DNA of 64,000 nt from an uncultured Anaerolineaceae bacterium (lineage in GTDB: Bacteria > Chloroflexota > Anaerolineae > Anaerolineales > Anaerolineaceae). Shown piece after piece: positions 1-8,443 of the stretch. The notes below the pieces were generated by a model. It had not been told where the DNA came from. It saw only the letters and a list, made by a program, of their open reading frames with translations, and did not search any database. Location: the NCBI GenBank assembly GCA_937897615.1, contig CALCNO010000046.1:9463-73462 (forward strand), written 5' to 3'. The first letter of the stretch is position 1. Each line of letters begins with the position of its first letter. The translations under genes and the position numbers were made by a program.

Positions 1-78
1 AACGCTCACGCCCACTCCTCATTGATTCAGATAGTCAACTATCTGGCTGAGGGAATACCCCCGGCACTTACCAGGCAA

Positions 79-116
79 TAACAAAAACGCGGACTGAAAA
101 GTCCGCGTTTTTTATT
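79..116. terminator. Bidirectional rho-independent terminator hairpin at the 3' end of queG
   Basis: Perfect 8-bp stem ACGCGGAC (87-94) / GTCCGCGT (101-108) with a 6-nt loop. An A-run lies on the left and a T-run on the right, so it reads as hairpin plus U-tract on both strands. Confidence 0.7.
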
Positions 117-1149
117 TTTGTTCGAGTAGCGATTTGGCCAATTCTCTTAGTCGGGGGTCCGCCTGATGGTTCAGAAAATTGCGAAGGGCTGGTTGGCTGA
201 TCGAACCCTCAACACTGGCCAGGTTGATCAAGACATTGCGCACCCAACCGGAATACCTTGTGCGCAAAATGGCAGATTCGTGGAACTTTCTGGCAAACGC
301 TTCCACATCCATTTCCAGGAAAGCCATCAGCTCAGCAGTGGTATAGGTTCCGCTCGTTTCGTCTTTTGCGGCATTGTGGTTCCACGGGCATACCGCCTGG
401 CAAATATCGCAGCCAAACAACCAGGGGGGCGTGCGTGCAGCAATCTCCTGCGGAATTTGCTCTTTGTTCTCGATGGTGTGGTAACTGATGCAGCGTCTTG
501 CATCGACAGTGCGATCCGGGGAGATGCACTGCGTTGGGCAGGCTGAAATGCAGCGTTGACAGGAACCGCATCTGTCTTCATGGTAGGGGGTATCCGGTAC
601 CAGTGCCAGATTGAGGAACACCTCCGCCAGCAAAAAAGCGGACCCGGCTATGGGACTGATCAGGCAGGAATTCTTACCGATCCACCCCAACCCGGCCCGT
701 GCAGCCAGTTCGCGTTCCAAAACGGGGGCGCTATCGGTAAAGATACGATGCTCAACTTTTGTTCCACACAGGGTTTCAATGCGTTCCACCAGCAGGGCCA
801 GTTTTTCCGGCAGTATAAGATGGTAATCTCTCGAACCGAGATAACCTGCCGTCAGGAATGTGCCTTTTTGCTCAAGTGCAGTGGGAGCATGCAGCGGGTA
901 CAAGTATGCCAGGCACAGAATGGAACTGGCGCCGGGCATCAGCAGGCGCGGGTCCTGGCGCATGTTGCGGTGAAAATCCGTCGACAGGTATTTCATCCCG
1001 GCATGCTTGCCGGAGGCCAGCCAGTTCTCGTATTTTGGAAACCCTTCCAATGGGGCTGAGGTGGTGATCCCGCATAAACAAAAGCCAAGGCGGTAAGCCT
1101 CGGCTTTGATTTGTGCTTCCAAACCTGTAACTGCTTCTGGAAGAGCCAT
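112..1149 (-). CDS. queG: Epoxyqueuosine reductase (QueG)
   Basis: 345-aa ORF with two ferredoxin-type 4Fe-4S Cys clusters (CGSCQRCISACP and CDICQAVCPWN). Overall layout is typical of QueG, including an N-terminal cobalamin-binding-like region and a helical C-terminal tail. Confidence 0.85.
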   Translation of the reverse strand: MALPEAVTGLEAQIKAEAYRLGFCLCGITTSAPLEGFPKYENWLASGKHAGMKYLSTDFHRNMRQDPRLLMPGASSILCLAYLYPLHAPTALEQKGTFLTAGYLGSRDYHLILPEKLALLVERIETLCGTKVEHRIFTDSAPVLERELAARAGLGWIGKNSCLISPIAGSAFLLAEVFLNLALVPDTPYHEDRCGSCQRCISACPTQCISPDRTVDARRCISYHTIENKEQIPQEIAARTPPWLFGCDICQAVCPWNHNAAKDETSGTYTTAELMAFLEMDVEAFARKFHESAILRTRYSGWVRNVLINLASVEGSISQPALRNFLNHQADPRLRELAKSLLEQK

Positions 1150-1157
1150 GAACCATC

Positions 1158-1865
1158 CTATGGGGTGGTGCTGGCGGTTGGCGTGGGGGTGCTGGTTGCG
1201 CTCGTTGGGGTGATGGTGCCAGTAACGGCAGTGGTAGGAGTTAAAGTGCCGGTGCCAACATTGACATACATGTAGAAAGGGTCACCAAAAATATAGCCAG
1301 TGGCAGTGTACATTTTCCAGTAGCTCGTGTAGAGGCCGTTGCTGGCGGGTGCGGTAAAGGTAACGCTTATGTCAACCGTATCGCCGGGTGCGACACTCTT
1401 GGTGAGTTTAACTGAGAGGGCGCCGCTGGCATCCTGCATGCCATCCAGGTAGATCAATTTGTAATCGGTTGTCCAGGTGGTGGAGCCGGTATTCTGGATG
1501 CGCCAGGTTTTAACAAACGTCGATGAAGGGGCAACCTGTGAGTAATCCGGGATGGTAATATCTTCTATCCATTTGGAATTATCCCCGACGGTGGTGGCAA
1601 AAAAAGGATTTCTGGTTGGGGTGGCAGGCGCAGGGGTGGTAGCTGCCAGGGTAAGCGTTGGCGTACCTGTCTCGGTTGGCGTGAGCGTCGCCGTGGCAGA
1701 GGGCGTGAGCAGCGCCATCTCGGTGATTTGTGCCTGGACGGTGGCTGCCAGTTCGGTAATCCTGGCAACTGGATCCACAGTAGGGGTGCCTTTAGCGCAG
1801 GCAGTGAGCGCGGCAAGGGTGAGGATGATCGCCAGAACCCTTATGCCGTATTTTTTTACGAACAT
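1158..1865 (-). CDS. Secreted lipoprotein with T/P-rich linkers and an NBR1-like Ig (N_BRCA1_IG-type) domain
   Basis: Start trimmed to MFVKKYGIRVL, which has GGAGG 5 nt upstream. Lipobox LTAC. Long Thr/Pro linker. The core FVKTWRIQNTGSTTW...LYTSYWKM resembles the NBR1 FW/Ig-like domain. Thr/Pro-rich C-terminal tail. Confidence 0.6.
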   Translation of the reverse strand: MFVKKYGIRVLAIILTLAALTACAKGTPTVDPVARITELAATVQAQITEMALLTPSATATLTPTETGTPTLTLAATTPAPATPTRNPFFATTVGDNSKWIEDITIPDYSQVAPSSTFVKTWRIQNTGSTTWTTDYKLIYLDGMQDASGALSVKLTKSVAPGDTVDISVTFTAPASNGLYTSYWKMYTATGYIFGDPFYMYVNVGTGTLTPTTAVTGTITPTSATSTPTPTASTTP

Positions 1866-1951
1866 GAAAACCTCCATAATCAACAAAGCTTCCCCTATTT
1901 TCAAACCGTAAGGGGGGATTGTCAAGTAAAAAATGTGGAGAAATTAATGAT

Positions 1952-3016
1952 TTATGGGTAGGGAACTAAGAAGGAAGCAGAAGTAAGATCCTCTGGAGCA
2001 CCCTGGCTGAAGCCGCTCGTACCGTGGAATACGATGTAGTTCACTGCTCCCGGTGCAATGTAAATATTTTGCTTGTAGAGAACCCCGTTATAGTAAGTTG
2101 AGAGTTCGTAGTCACCTGCTGGCAGATTGCCAACCGCAAAATTCTCCTGGTAATAATCATCCACCTGTTTGGTTTTGGGAGCATAGGTGATGAGCGTTTG
2201 TGTTTTGCCGCTATCCAGGGATTTAAGCCACAGGTTTTTGGTGGTGAGGAGCATGCCATAGCTGGTCTCAACGCGCCCGGCCAGAACGCCGTATCCAACC
2301 AGGGGGGCGATCCATAGTTCCGGGTTTTGCACTTTATCTCCATCCTGGTTCTCAATGCGGATTTCAAAGTGCAGGTGCGGGCCGGAGGTGTTTCCCGTCA
2401 TGCCGATCACGCCCACCTGGGTGCCGGTTTCAACCCAATCCCCTTTATTGACAGTAACCTTATCGAGGTGGGCGTAAACACTGTAGATGGTATAGCCTTG
2501 AAAGGTAAAGTCGTGGCGGATCATTACAGCCATTCCGTAAGGATCGTTGGTGCTGTTGGCTCCGTTGAGCAGCCCGTAGCCGGCAAAAATCACCTTGCCG
2601 GCCGCTGCCGCCAGCACCGGGTCGCCTCTCGAGCCGATGATGTCGATCCCGGTATGCACCACGTCTTCTTCCGGATAGTAATAGCCGTAGCGGTAATCGG
2701 CATTGAGATGGTGGTTATTGGCAATAGCAAGCGGGTGGGTAAAGTAAAAATGGTCATGGCTGGTGAGCGCAAGGGGAACGTCATAAACGGTACTTCCCCA
2801 GGCCGGGTCTGCCCAGGCAGGCTCCTGGCTAAAATCCGGTAATGTAGAGGTCGTGGCTTCTTCAGAAGGTGTCGGTGTAGCTTCGCTTGTCTCGGCTTTG
2901 GCAGTGGTACTGCCCAGGCAGAGCATTCCAGTCAGCAGGAAAATCACAGCGAGAGAGACAGCGAAGAACTGCTGAAAATGTCTTTTGGGGATATGTCGTA
3001 ACAGGCGATGCTTCAT
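1952..3016 (-). CDS. Membrane-anchored M23 (LytM-type) metallopeptidase with a C-terminal beta-sandwich (carboxypeptidase-regulatory-like) domain
   Basis: Start trimmed to MKHRLL (ATG at 3016, 4-nt ATGA overlap with the stop of the upstream gene). N-terminal TM helix. M23 motifs HTGIDI and GPHLHFEIR. Confidence 0.8.
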   Translation of the reverse strand: MKHRLLRHIPKRHFQQFFAVSLAVIFLLTGMLCLGSTTAKAETSEATPTPSEEATTSTLPDFSQEPAWADPAWGSTVYDVPLALTSHDHFYFTHPLAIANNHHLNADYRYGYYYPEEDVVHTGIDIIGSRGDPVLAAAAGKVIFAGYGLLNGANSTNDPYGMAVMIRHDFTFQGYTIYSVYAHLDKVTVNKGDWVETGTQVGVIGMTGNTSGPHLHFEIRIENQDGDKVQNPELWIAPLVGYGVLAGRVETSYGMLLTTKNLWLKSLDSGKTQTLITYAPKTKQVDDYYQENFAVGNLPAGDYELSTYYNGVLYKQNIYIAPGAVNYIVFHGTSGFSQGAPEDLTSASFLVPYP

Positions 3017-4755
3017 TTTCCGGCTTCCAAAAGCTGGATCACATCTGGCGGATAGAGTTCCAGCATTGCCTGTTCCCAGGACTTCCCCTGCGTGAAAGCA
3101 AAGGTATTGAAAAGGATGCCCGGGTAATAGGTACGCCAGTTGCTTTGCGCGGGCAGCCGTTGCCAACCGTACTGGAGTGCAATATCCGTAAAGTCTAGCC
3201 AGTACCCGCCTGGCGCAGCGGCGGTTTTGCCGCCGGCTTCAAAGGCGGCCAGGTCACCGGAGGCACGCGCGGGAAAATCCCACGTAGGTGTATGCACGGT
3301 CTCGCCGCAGGAGCCATCCTGCTTGAGGCATTTCACCCACACCCGCCAGTATGTTTGGCCTTCAAAATCTTCACGGCTGACGGCCATCCAGCCGGCATCC
3401 AGGGGCGCCAGATTGAGCGCAATCGCTCTGCCGCTGTAAAGCCAGTTTTGCGGGATGCCCGGGTCTGCTGCCGTGGTGACCGGTAAAGCTGCGCTTTTTA
3501 AGATTCCCAAGAAATCCCAACCCAGCCTCGCGCCCACCGCCTGGCGCAGCGCCGCAAAACACTCGTCGCTCGTATCAGAGAGGTAAGCATTACTGACCTT
3601 GACGGACCCCAGTGCTACCAGCGAAAACCTGCCGGTACCGTTTGGATCTAATGTTTGCACGGGCTGGCAATACGCTCCGCGCGGGCTGGTTGTAGATGCA
3701 GCCAGCAGCGCGGAGATGTTTTCAAAAGAGTTCCCTGCCGCCCATTGAAAATGAGTAGCTTTAGCCGGCAGGGCGATCAAAGGATATGCCAGTTGGCCGT
3801 TTTGGGCCCTGTACCCCGTGAGGTAGTATTGGTTGGGGTCATCGAACCTGGCGAGGATTGTGTTGCCATCAACGGACCAGAAGGGCAATTTGCCGGTACC
3901 GATGGCTGTTGCCCCGCCTGCAAGGTTGGATAATTGTGCAGATTCGATGGTACTTAAATCGCCTTGCAATTTCTCCCAGGCTAAAGCCTGTCCATCCGGC
4001 GACCAGGTCGGCGCAAGGTAATCGGCGTTATCCCCGCCGGCGATCAATTCAAAGCGGTTGTCAGACCGATCCAGGTCGGCAAGCCAGATCTCGTAGGAGT
4101 CATTGCGGTCACTGGAGAAAACCACCTGTCTCCCCAAAGGTGACCAGGCCGGGGAGATATTGTTCCCCATGTTTTCTGTCAATTGGAACGGCGCCGAAGC
4201 GCTATCGGTGGTGGATTGGATAAAGATGTTGCTTTCGTTACTCGATTCAACCGAATAGGTGATCCACTGGTTATCGGGCGACCAGTTGAGGCCATTTTCA
4301 AATTCAGGAGTGTTGGTGATTTGCCGGAGTGTGTTCGCTGCTAACTGCCACAGGTAAATGTCCCACTGGCCCGAGCGATTGGAAGCGAATACCATCGAGT
4401 TGCCGTCGGGGCTGATGGCGGGGTCGATATCATCCCAGTTGCCGCTGGTGAGGCGCGAAACCGGTAAGTAGTTGGGCTGGTAAGCATAAAGATGGCGGTA
4501 TGCGCCATCGCCCATGGTAAATACGATCACCCCCACCGGAAGGTTGTTTGCCACCTGCGCGGGTGTTGGGAGCAATGTGGGGGTAGGTTGAAGGGTCTGC
4601 GTGGGGGTGCTGGTGGGAAGGATACTTGACTGGGTTGGCGCTGGTGTGTTGGTTGGCATAGGCGTGGCAGTTGGCTTGCTGCAGGCGCTTAACATCAGGC
4701 TGATTGTGAATGCGGCCAGAAGAAGAGTTCTTGAGTTGCGCTTCCAGATTGCCAT
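3013..4755 (-). CDS. Lipoprotein with a TolB-like PD40/WD40-like beta-propeller and an unassigned ~220-aa C-terminal domain
   Basis: Start trimmed to MAIWKRNSRTLLL (GGGAG upstream). Lipobox LSAC. T/P-rich linker. Repeated PD40-like units (SPDGNSMVFASNRSGQWDIYL, SPDNQWITY, SPLGRQVVFSSDRNDSYEIWL, SPDGQALAW). Confidence 0.7.
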   Translation of the reverse strand: MAIWKRNSRTLLLAAFTISLMLSACSKPTATPMPTNTPAPTQSSILPTSTPTQTLQPTPTLLPTPAQVANNLPVGVIVFTMGDGAYRHLYAYQPNYLPVSRLTSGNWDDIDPAISPDGNSMVFASNRSGQWDIYLWQLAANTLRQITNTPEFENGLNWSPDNQWITYSVESSNESNIFIQSTTDSASAPFQLTENMGNNISPAWSPLGRQVVFSSDRNDSYEIWLADLDRSDNRFELIAGGDNADYLAPTWSPDGQALAWEKLQGDLSTIESAQLSNLAGGATAIGTGKLPFWSVDGNTILARFDDPNQYYLTGYRAQNGQLAYPLIALPAKATHFQWAAGNSFENISALLAASTTSPRGAYCQPVQTLDPNGTGRFSLVALGSVKVSNAYLSDTSDECFAALRQAVGARLGWDFLGILKSAALPVTTAADPGIPQNWLYSGRAIALNLAPLDAGWMAVSREDFEGQTYWRVWVKCLKQDGSCGETVHTPTWDFPARASGDLAAFEAGGKTAAAPGGYWLDFTDIALQYGWQRLPAQSNWRTYYPGILFNTFAFTQGKSWEQAMLELYPPDVIQLLEAGK

Positions 4756-4778
4756 TACTGCTCCCGGGCAGGCGGGCG

Positions 4779-5639
4779 TTACTCCGGATAGAGCAGGATC
4801 GCGGGGTCGATCGCCTGAAAAATACCTGATAGTGCCCAGATGCAATAATTGTACCGTTCTTCGTCTGTGTTCGAAGAATGGTAGGCGCCGATTGAACCGA
4901 ATTGGGCATGGGAGGGGCCGATGCGAACTTCCAGGTGCAGATGGTCTTCAGCGGCGTGCCCGGTCTTCCCGGCGTAGCCGAGCAACTGGCCGCAGGCTAC
5001 TGTGTCACCGGTTTTAACCAGGGGCAGGCTGGCAAGGTGGGCATAGAGTGTATATATGGATTTGGCGGTTGGGTCGTAACTTACCTGTGCGCCAGCAACC
5101 GGGCAGCGCTCGTCCGTCGAGTAAGCACTTGGCGGCAGTGGTGTGGGGGTGGTAATGGTAGGTGAAAAATCAGCGCTAATCTGTGTGAAAGGGGTTTCGA
5201 TGAGCACCATGTACCCGTAGGGAAAGCGGTCGTTCTCTATCAGGATTACTGTACCCGGCAGGATAGCCTGCACCGGAAAATTGGCAAAGGTGGTGTATTT
5301 CTCACCCGTGAGATTGTTTTCAAACTGGTAAAAAGAGAAATCAATGGCGGGGTGTCCGCTTTCAACGTAATTATCCGGGGTGATGAAGGCATACGAGGTG
5401 ATCAACCTCAGTTGTGAGCGCTCAATTCCCTGCAAGGGGCTGCACACCTGCAATGCCATTTCGACTGTTGCTGTCGGGAGGGTGGTAGCAGTTGCGCTTG
5501 GGCTGGGCAGCGGGGTAGAAGTTGCCGTTGGTGTACTTGTAGTCGTTTCCGTAGCGGTGCTGGCTGCGCCGGTGGTGTTTCCGCAGCCGGTCAGGCACAG
5601 GCACATCAGCCCGGCGAGGATCGTATATCCGGTTTTCAT
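4779..5639 (-). CDS. M23 family metallopeptidase lipoprotein
   Basis: Start trimmed to MKTGYTILAGL. Lipobox LTGC. T/S/P linker. M23 motifs HPAIDF and DHLHLEVR. Confidence 0.75.
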   Translation of the reverse strand: MKTGYTILAGLMCLCLTGCGNTTGAASTATETTTSTPTATSTPLPSPSATATTLPTATVEMALQVCSPLQGIERSQLRLITSYAFITPDNYVESGHPAIDFSFYQFENNLTGEKYTTFANFPVQAILPGTVILIENDRFPYGYMVLIETPFTQISADFSPTITTPTPLPPSAYSTDERCPVAGAQVSYDPTAKSIYTLYAHLASLPLVKTGDTVACGQLLGYAGKTGHAAEDHLHLEVRIGPSHAQFGSIGAYHSSNTDEERYNYCIWALSGIFQAIDPAILLYPE

Positions 5640-5647
5640 ACTTGTGC

Positions 5648-5983
5648 TCAGGAACTGGCCTCGATGGTACATTCTTTGTGGTCGATGGGCTGGTCGTCTT
5701 CGAAAAAGGTTTCGCAGTGCAGTGTGATGGGCAAGGGCGGGTTGACGCTGCGGAGGTGCAGCGTGAAATCCACCTGCAGCTCAGAACAGTTGATAATGAA
5801 CGAGCGCGCAATGTGGGCACCGTTGGCGTCTTCCAGCCAAAAGGCCAGGTTGGGGTGGTCATTGCCTTCATTCAGGCGGATAGTGACCCTGGCTTTGTTT
5901 TCGGGTTTGAGCACTCCTTCCAGGCCGGCGATGGTGTTATTGCCGTTGTGGGGTTCTTGTGCGGTTGGGTTTGAATTTTCCAT
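5648..5983 (-). CDS. Hypothetical small protein (111 aa, no signal peptide, no recognisable motif)
   Basis: ORF fits exactly between the DUF1015 gene (9-nt gap) and the M23 gene (8-nt gap) on the same strand. No homology that I can recognise. Confidence 0.45.
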   Translation of the reverse strand: MENSNPTAQEPHNGNNTIAGLEGVLKPENKARVTIRLNEGNDHPNLAFWLEDANGAHIARSFIINCSELQVDFTLHLRSVNPPLPITLHCETFFEDDQPIDHKECTIEASS

Positions 5984-5992
5984 AGCCTCTCG

Positions 5993-7312
5993 TTAGCGCA
6001 CGATCTTGCGCGCCTCAAGGTAAAAACGCTTTTCGTGTGCTTCTCCCATCGAGAAGGTTTTGCGGGGCAGGGCGCCATCCAGAATGACCGTTTTGAACAG
6101 CTGGTCTTTTCCCATCGGCGGCAGGTAAAAACCTGCGTTGCCAGGCTGGGCACCCAGTTCGCACACCACATCATCTCCATGCACGTAATCAATGCTTTCT
6201 GCTTGCCCGGCTTTGAGCCAGGGGTCCAAAAAGCCCTGCAGGGTACCCACCGGCAGAGTACTGGTGGGGGAGGTGATACTGAGAACTTTGCACCCTTGCG
6301 CAGAGACATAGCCAATCTTTTGCGCGTCCTGAGTTTGCTCCTTTACAGTACGCATCATTTCCTGCTGGTCCATGGCGACTGCGACTGTGAGCCTGCTGCC
6401 AAAGGCCTCTCTCATGGCCTGCAGTGGATCGGCTTTGACGCCAAAGAGTACGCGGTGAATGGGGGCAAACTCAAGCCCGTGGTCGTGGATATTTTCCAAC
6501 TCGATCAGTGCATAGCGGGCAGGATGATCCATGCCGACTTCCGGTTTCAGCTTTTCCCAGATCGATTTGGCGGTTGCCAGTGAGTGGTTACCATCGCCAA
6601 CCGCGTACAACAGGACGCCGTAATCTTTTGAGACACCGTACTTTGCGTGGAAAGTTTCCTGTTGCGCCAGTTTTTCCAGTGCAGATACTACGCCGGACTC
6701 CAAACCGGGCTGGGTTACTTTGCGCCCGCTCAGGTGGCCGCTGGAAAGCATCAGGTCAAAATCGTAAGCGAGCGGCAGGGTATTGGCGGCTTTTTCCACC
6801 GGCCCGATCACTGTATCCTGCGGGTCGTCAATGAGCACAAGAATGTGCGGCAATTCTAGGCTGGCTTTCTCGCGGATTTTGATGCGCGGCGGCAGGCGGT
6901 CAAGGATGGTCCCCTCGGTGGCGCGGATAAGGCTTTGCGAACCTTTGGAGAAATCGTATTGCTCAAGGTCAAGTGCCACCATCAGGCCGCGGCGCGTTTT
7001 CCCGTCGACGCTGCGTTCCACGTAGATCATCCCATCGTAAGGAACGAGAATGCCTTTTTCGATGTACTCCTTCATGCGCACCTGTGTTGAGTACAGGCGC
7101 TCGGCTTCCTCCGCTTTGCCCAGGTAGATTTCCGGCAATGTGATATTGAACGTGGAGGGGGCATCGCCCACAATCTCTGCTACCTTTTTCCAGTAATCGG
7201 GCTGTGAGGTAAACTGGTCACAGGCAATGACGGCCCATTTTTGCAGGTCAACTGAAGGGGCTGGGAGCAAGAGGGTGGGGATTTGCAAGCCGATGGCGGG
7301 AAAATTCTTCAT
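5993..7312 (-). CDS. DUF1015 family protein
   Basis: Start trimmed to MKNFPAIGLQIP. The N-terminal WAVIACDQFTSQP and the overall ~440-aa layout match the conserved DUF1015 family. Confidence 0.7.
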   Translation of the reverse strand: MKNFPAIGLQIPTLLLPAPSVDLQKWAVIACDQFTSQPDYWKKVAEIVGDAPSTFNITLPEIYLGKAEEAERLYSTQVRMKEYIEKGILVPYDGMIYVERSVDGKTRRGLMVALDLEQYDFSKGSQSLIRATEGTILDRLPPRIKIREKASLELPHILVLIDDPQDTVIGPVEKAANTLPLAYDFDLMLSSGHLSGRKVTQPGLESGVVSALEKLAQQETFHAKYGVSKDYGVLLYAVGDGNHSLATAKSIWEKLKPEVGMDHPARYALIELENIHDHGLEFAPIHRVLFGVKADPLQAMREAFGSRLTVAVAMDQQEMMRTVKEQTQDAQKIGYVSAQGCKVLSITSPTSTLPVGTLQGFLDPWLKAGQAESIDYVHGDDVVCELGAQPGNAGFYLPPMGKDQLFKTVILDGALPRKTFSMGEAHEKRFYLEARKIVR

Positions 7313-7341
7313 GTGCACCTCGTAAGAGTGATCTATTGATG

Positions 7342-7350
7342 ATTTTACCA
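7342..7350 (-). promoter_or_regulatory. Candidate extended -10 promoter (TGGTAAAAT) for the DUF1015-to-queG operon
   Basis: The reverse complement of 7342-7350 reads TGGTAAAAT. It lies between the degV terminator and the DUF1015 start (7312). No good -35 is present. Confidence 0.35.
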
Positions 7351-7364
7351 GACTCCACAAAAGC

Positions 7365-7396
7365 AAAAAAAGGACGGCCGCTCGAGGGTCGTCCTT
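7365..7396 (-). terminator. Rho-independent terminator downstream of degV
   Basis: On the minus strand, stem AGGACG/CGTCCT (7371-7376 / 7390-7395) encloses a GC-rich loop and is followed by a U-tract (plus-strand A-run 7365-7370). Confidence 0.6.
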
Positions 7397-7416
7397 TTCG
7401 CTTGGAGAGATTTTGC

Positions 7417-8277
7417 CTACATTCCGCTCATGAACGCTAGGCCCAGCGCTCCGGGTCCGGTGTGCGTGCCCAGAACAGGGCTCACCGAGGTGATTACGGC
7501 GTCTGTGACCACAGTGGTTGAAAAGCGCTTGGCAGCGCGCTCCAGCAATTCCTGGGCTTTTTTCTCTTCGTTGGCGTGAATAGCTGAAAGGCGGATGGGG
7601 CCATTTTCCTTGTCCAGGCGTGCTTCCACCAGATCAAGCAGGCGGTCCACGGTTTTGCTGAAGGTACGTACTCTTTCAACGGCTTCAATGCGGCCCTCGC
7701 GTAACTCAAGCAACGGTTTTAGATTGAGCATAGTCCCCAAAAAGGCTGCTGCCCCACCGATACGTCCGCCGCGGTGCAGGAACTCAAGTGTATTGACCGC
7801 AAAGTAAACCCCGGTGTGCTTGGTAGCTTCACTAGCCACAGCCTTGCATTCTGCTAGGCTGGCGCCAATGCTTGCCATGCGCGCTGCACTGAGCACCTGG
7901 AACCCCATTGCCATGCTTGTGCTGAAGGAATCAACCAGTTCGATGTGGGCGCCCGGAAAAGCGCGCTTTGCCTGCACTGCTGAATCCAGCGTGCCGGATA
8001 ATTTGCTGGAGATGTGAATGCTGAGGATATCGTATCCTTTTTCAAGTAGAGCAGCATAGGCAGATTTGAATTCTTCCGGCGTCGTCTGCGAGGTGGTGGG
8101 CATCACTTTATCGACGGCAAGGCGCTCGTAAAAGGCCTTGGGTTGGATGTCGATACCATCGCGATAGATCTGGTGATCCCAAATGACCTGCAGCGGCAAT
8201 ACCTCAATCGGTAGTGGGCTCATCAATTGCGCGGGGATGTTGGCAGTGCTGTCTGTAACAACCATAACTTTGTTCAT
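7417..8277 (-). CDS. DegV family fatty-acid-binding protein
   Basis: Start trimmed to MNKVMVVTDSTANIP (GGAGA upstream). Characteristic DegV N-terminus (VVTDS), and length and profile fit the family. Confidence 0.85.
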   Translation of the reverse strand: MNKVMVVTDSTANIPAQLMSPLPIEVLPLQVIWDHQIYRDGIDIQPKAFYERLAVDKVMPTTSQTTPEEFKSAYAALLEKGYDILSIHISSKLSGTLDSAVQAKRAFPGAHIELVDSFSTSMAMGFQVLSAARMASIGASLAECKAVASEATKHTGVYFAVNTLEFLHRGGRIGGAAAFLGTMLNLKPLLELREGRIEAVERVRTFSKTVDRLLDLVEARLDKENGPIRLSAIHANEEKKAQELLERAAKRFSTTVVTDAVITSVSPVLGTHTGPGALGLAFMSGM

Positions 8278-8350
8278 TTTCGTCTCCATAGAGAATACCA
8301 ATATGGCAAATTAACACCGGTGCGATAAAATGGTTTCTGTACCAATTGAC

Positions 8351-8379
8351 TTGACCGAATACGGCACTGGCTATAAAAT
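8351..8379 (+). promoter_or_regulatory. Candidate sigma-70-type promoter for ffh (TTGACC-17-TAAAAT)
   Basis: TTGACC at 8351-8356 and TAAAAT at 8374-8379 with a 17-nt spacer, ~65 nt upstream of the ffh ATG. Confidence 0.4.
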
Positions 8380-8443
8380 CATGCCTGACCTGATGCAGAT
8401 GGGTATTCTACATAATTAATAGCTGACCTTTTGAAAGTGTTTC

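Noticed and set aside
1158-1720. Repetitive-looking DNA (GGTGG/GGCGT-rich on the plus strand) at both ends of the NBR1-like lipoprotein gene. Similar stretches occur at 4560-4700 and 5480-5560. All were considered as tandem repeats or a CRISPR-like array.
   Set aside because: They are in-frame Thr/Pro/Ser/Ala-rich linker coding sequences of lipoproteins, without regular repeat-spacer periodicity.
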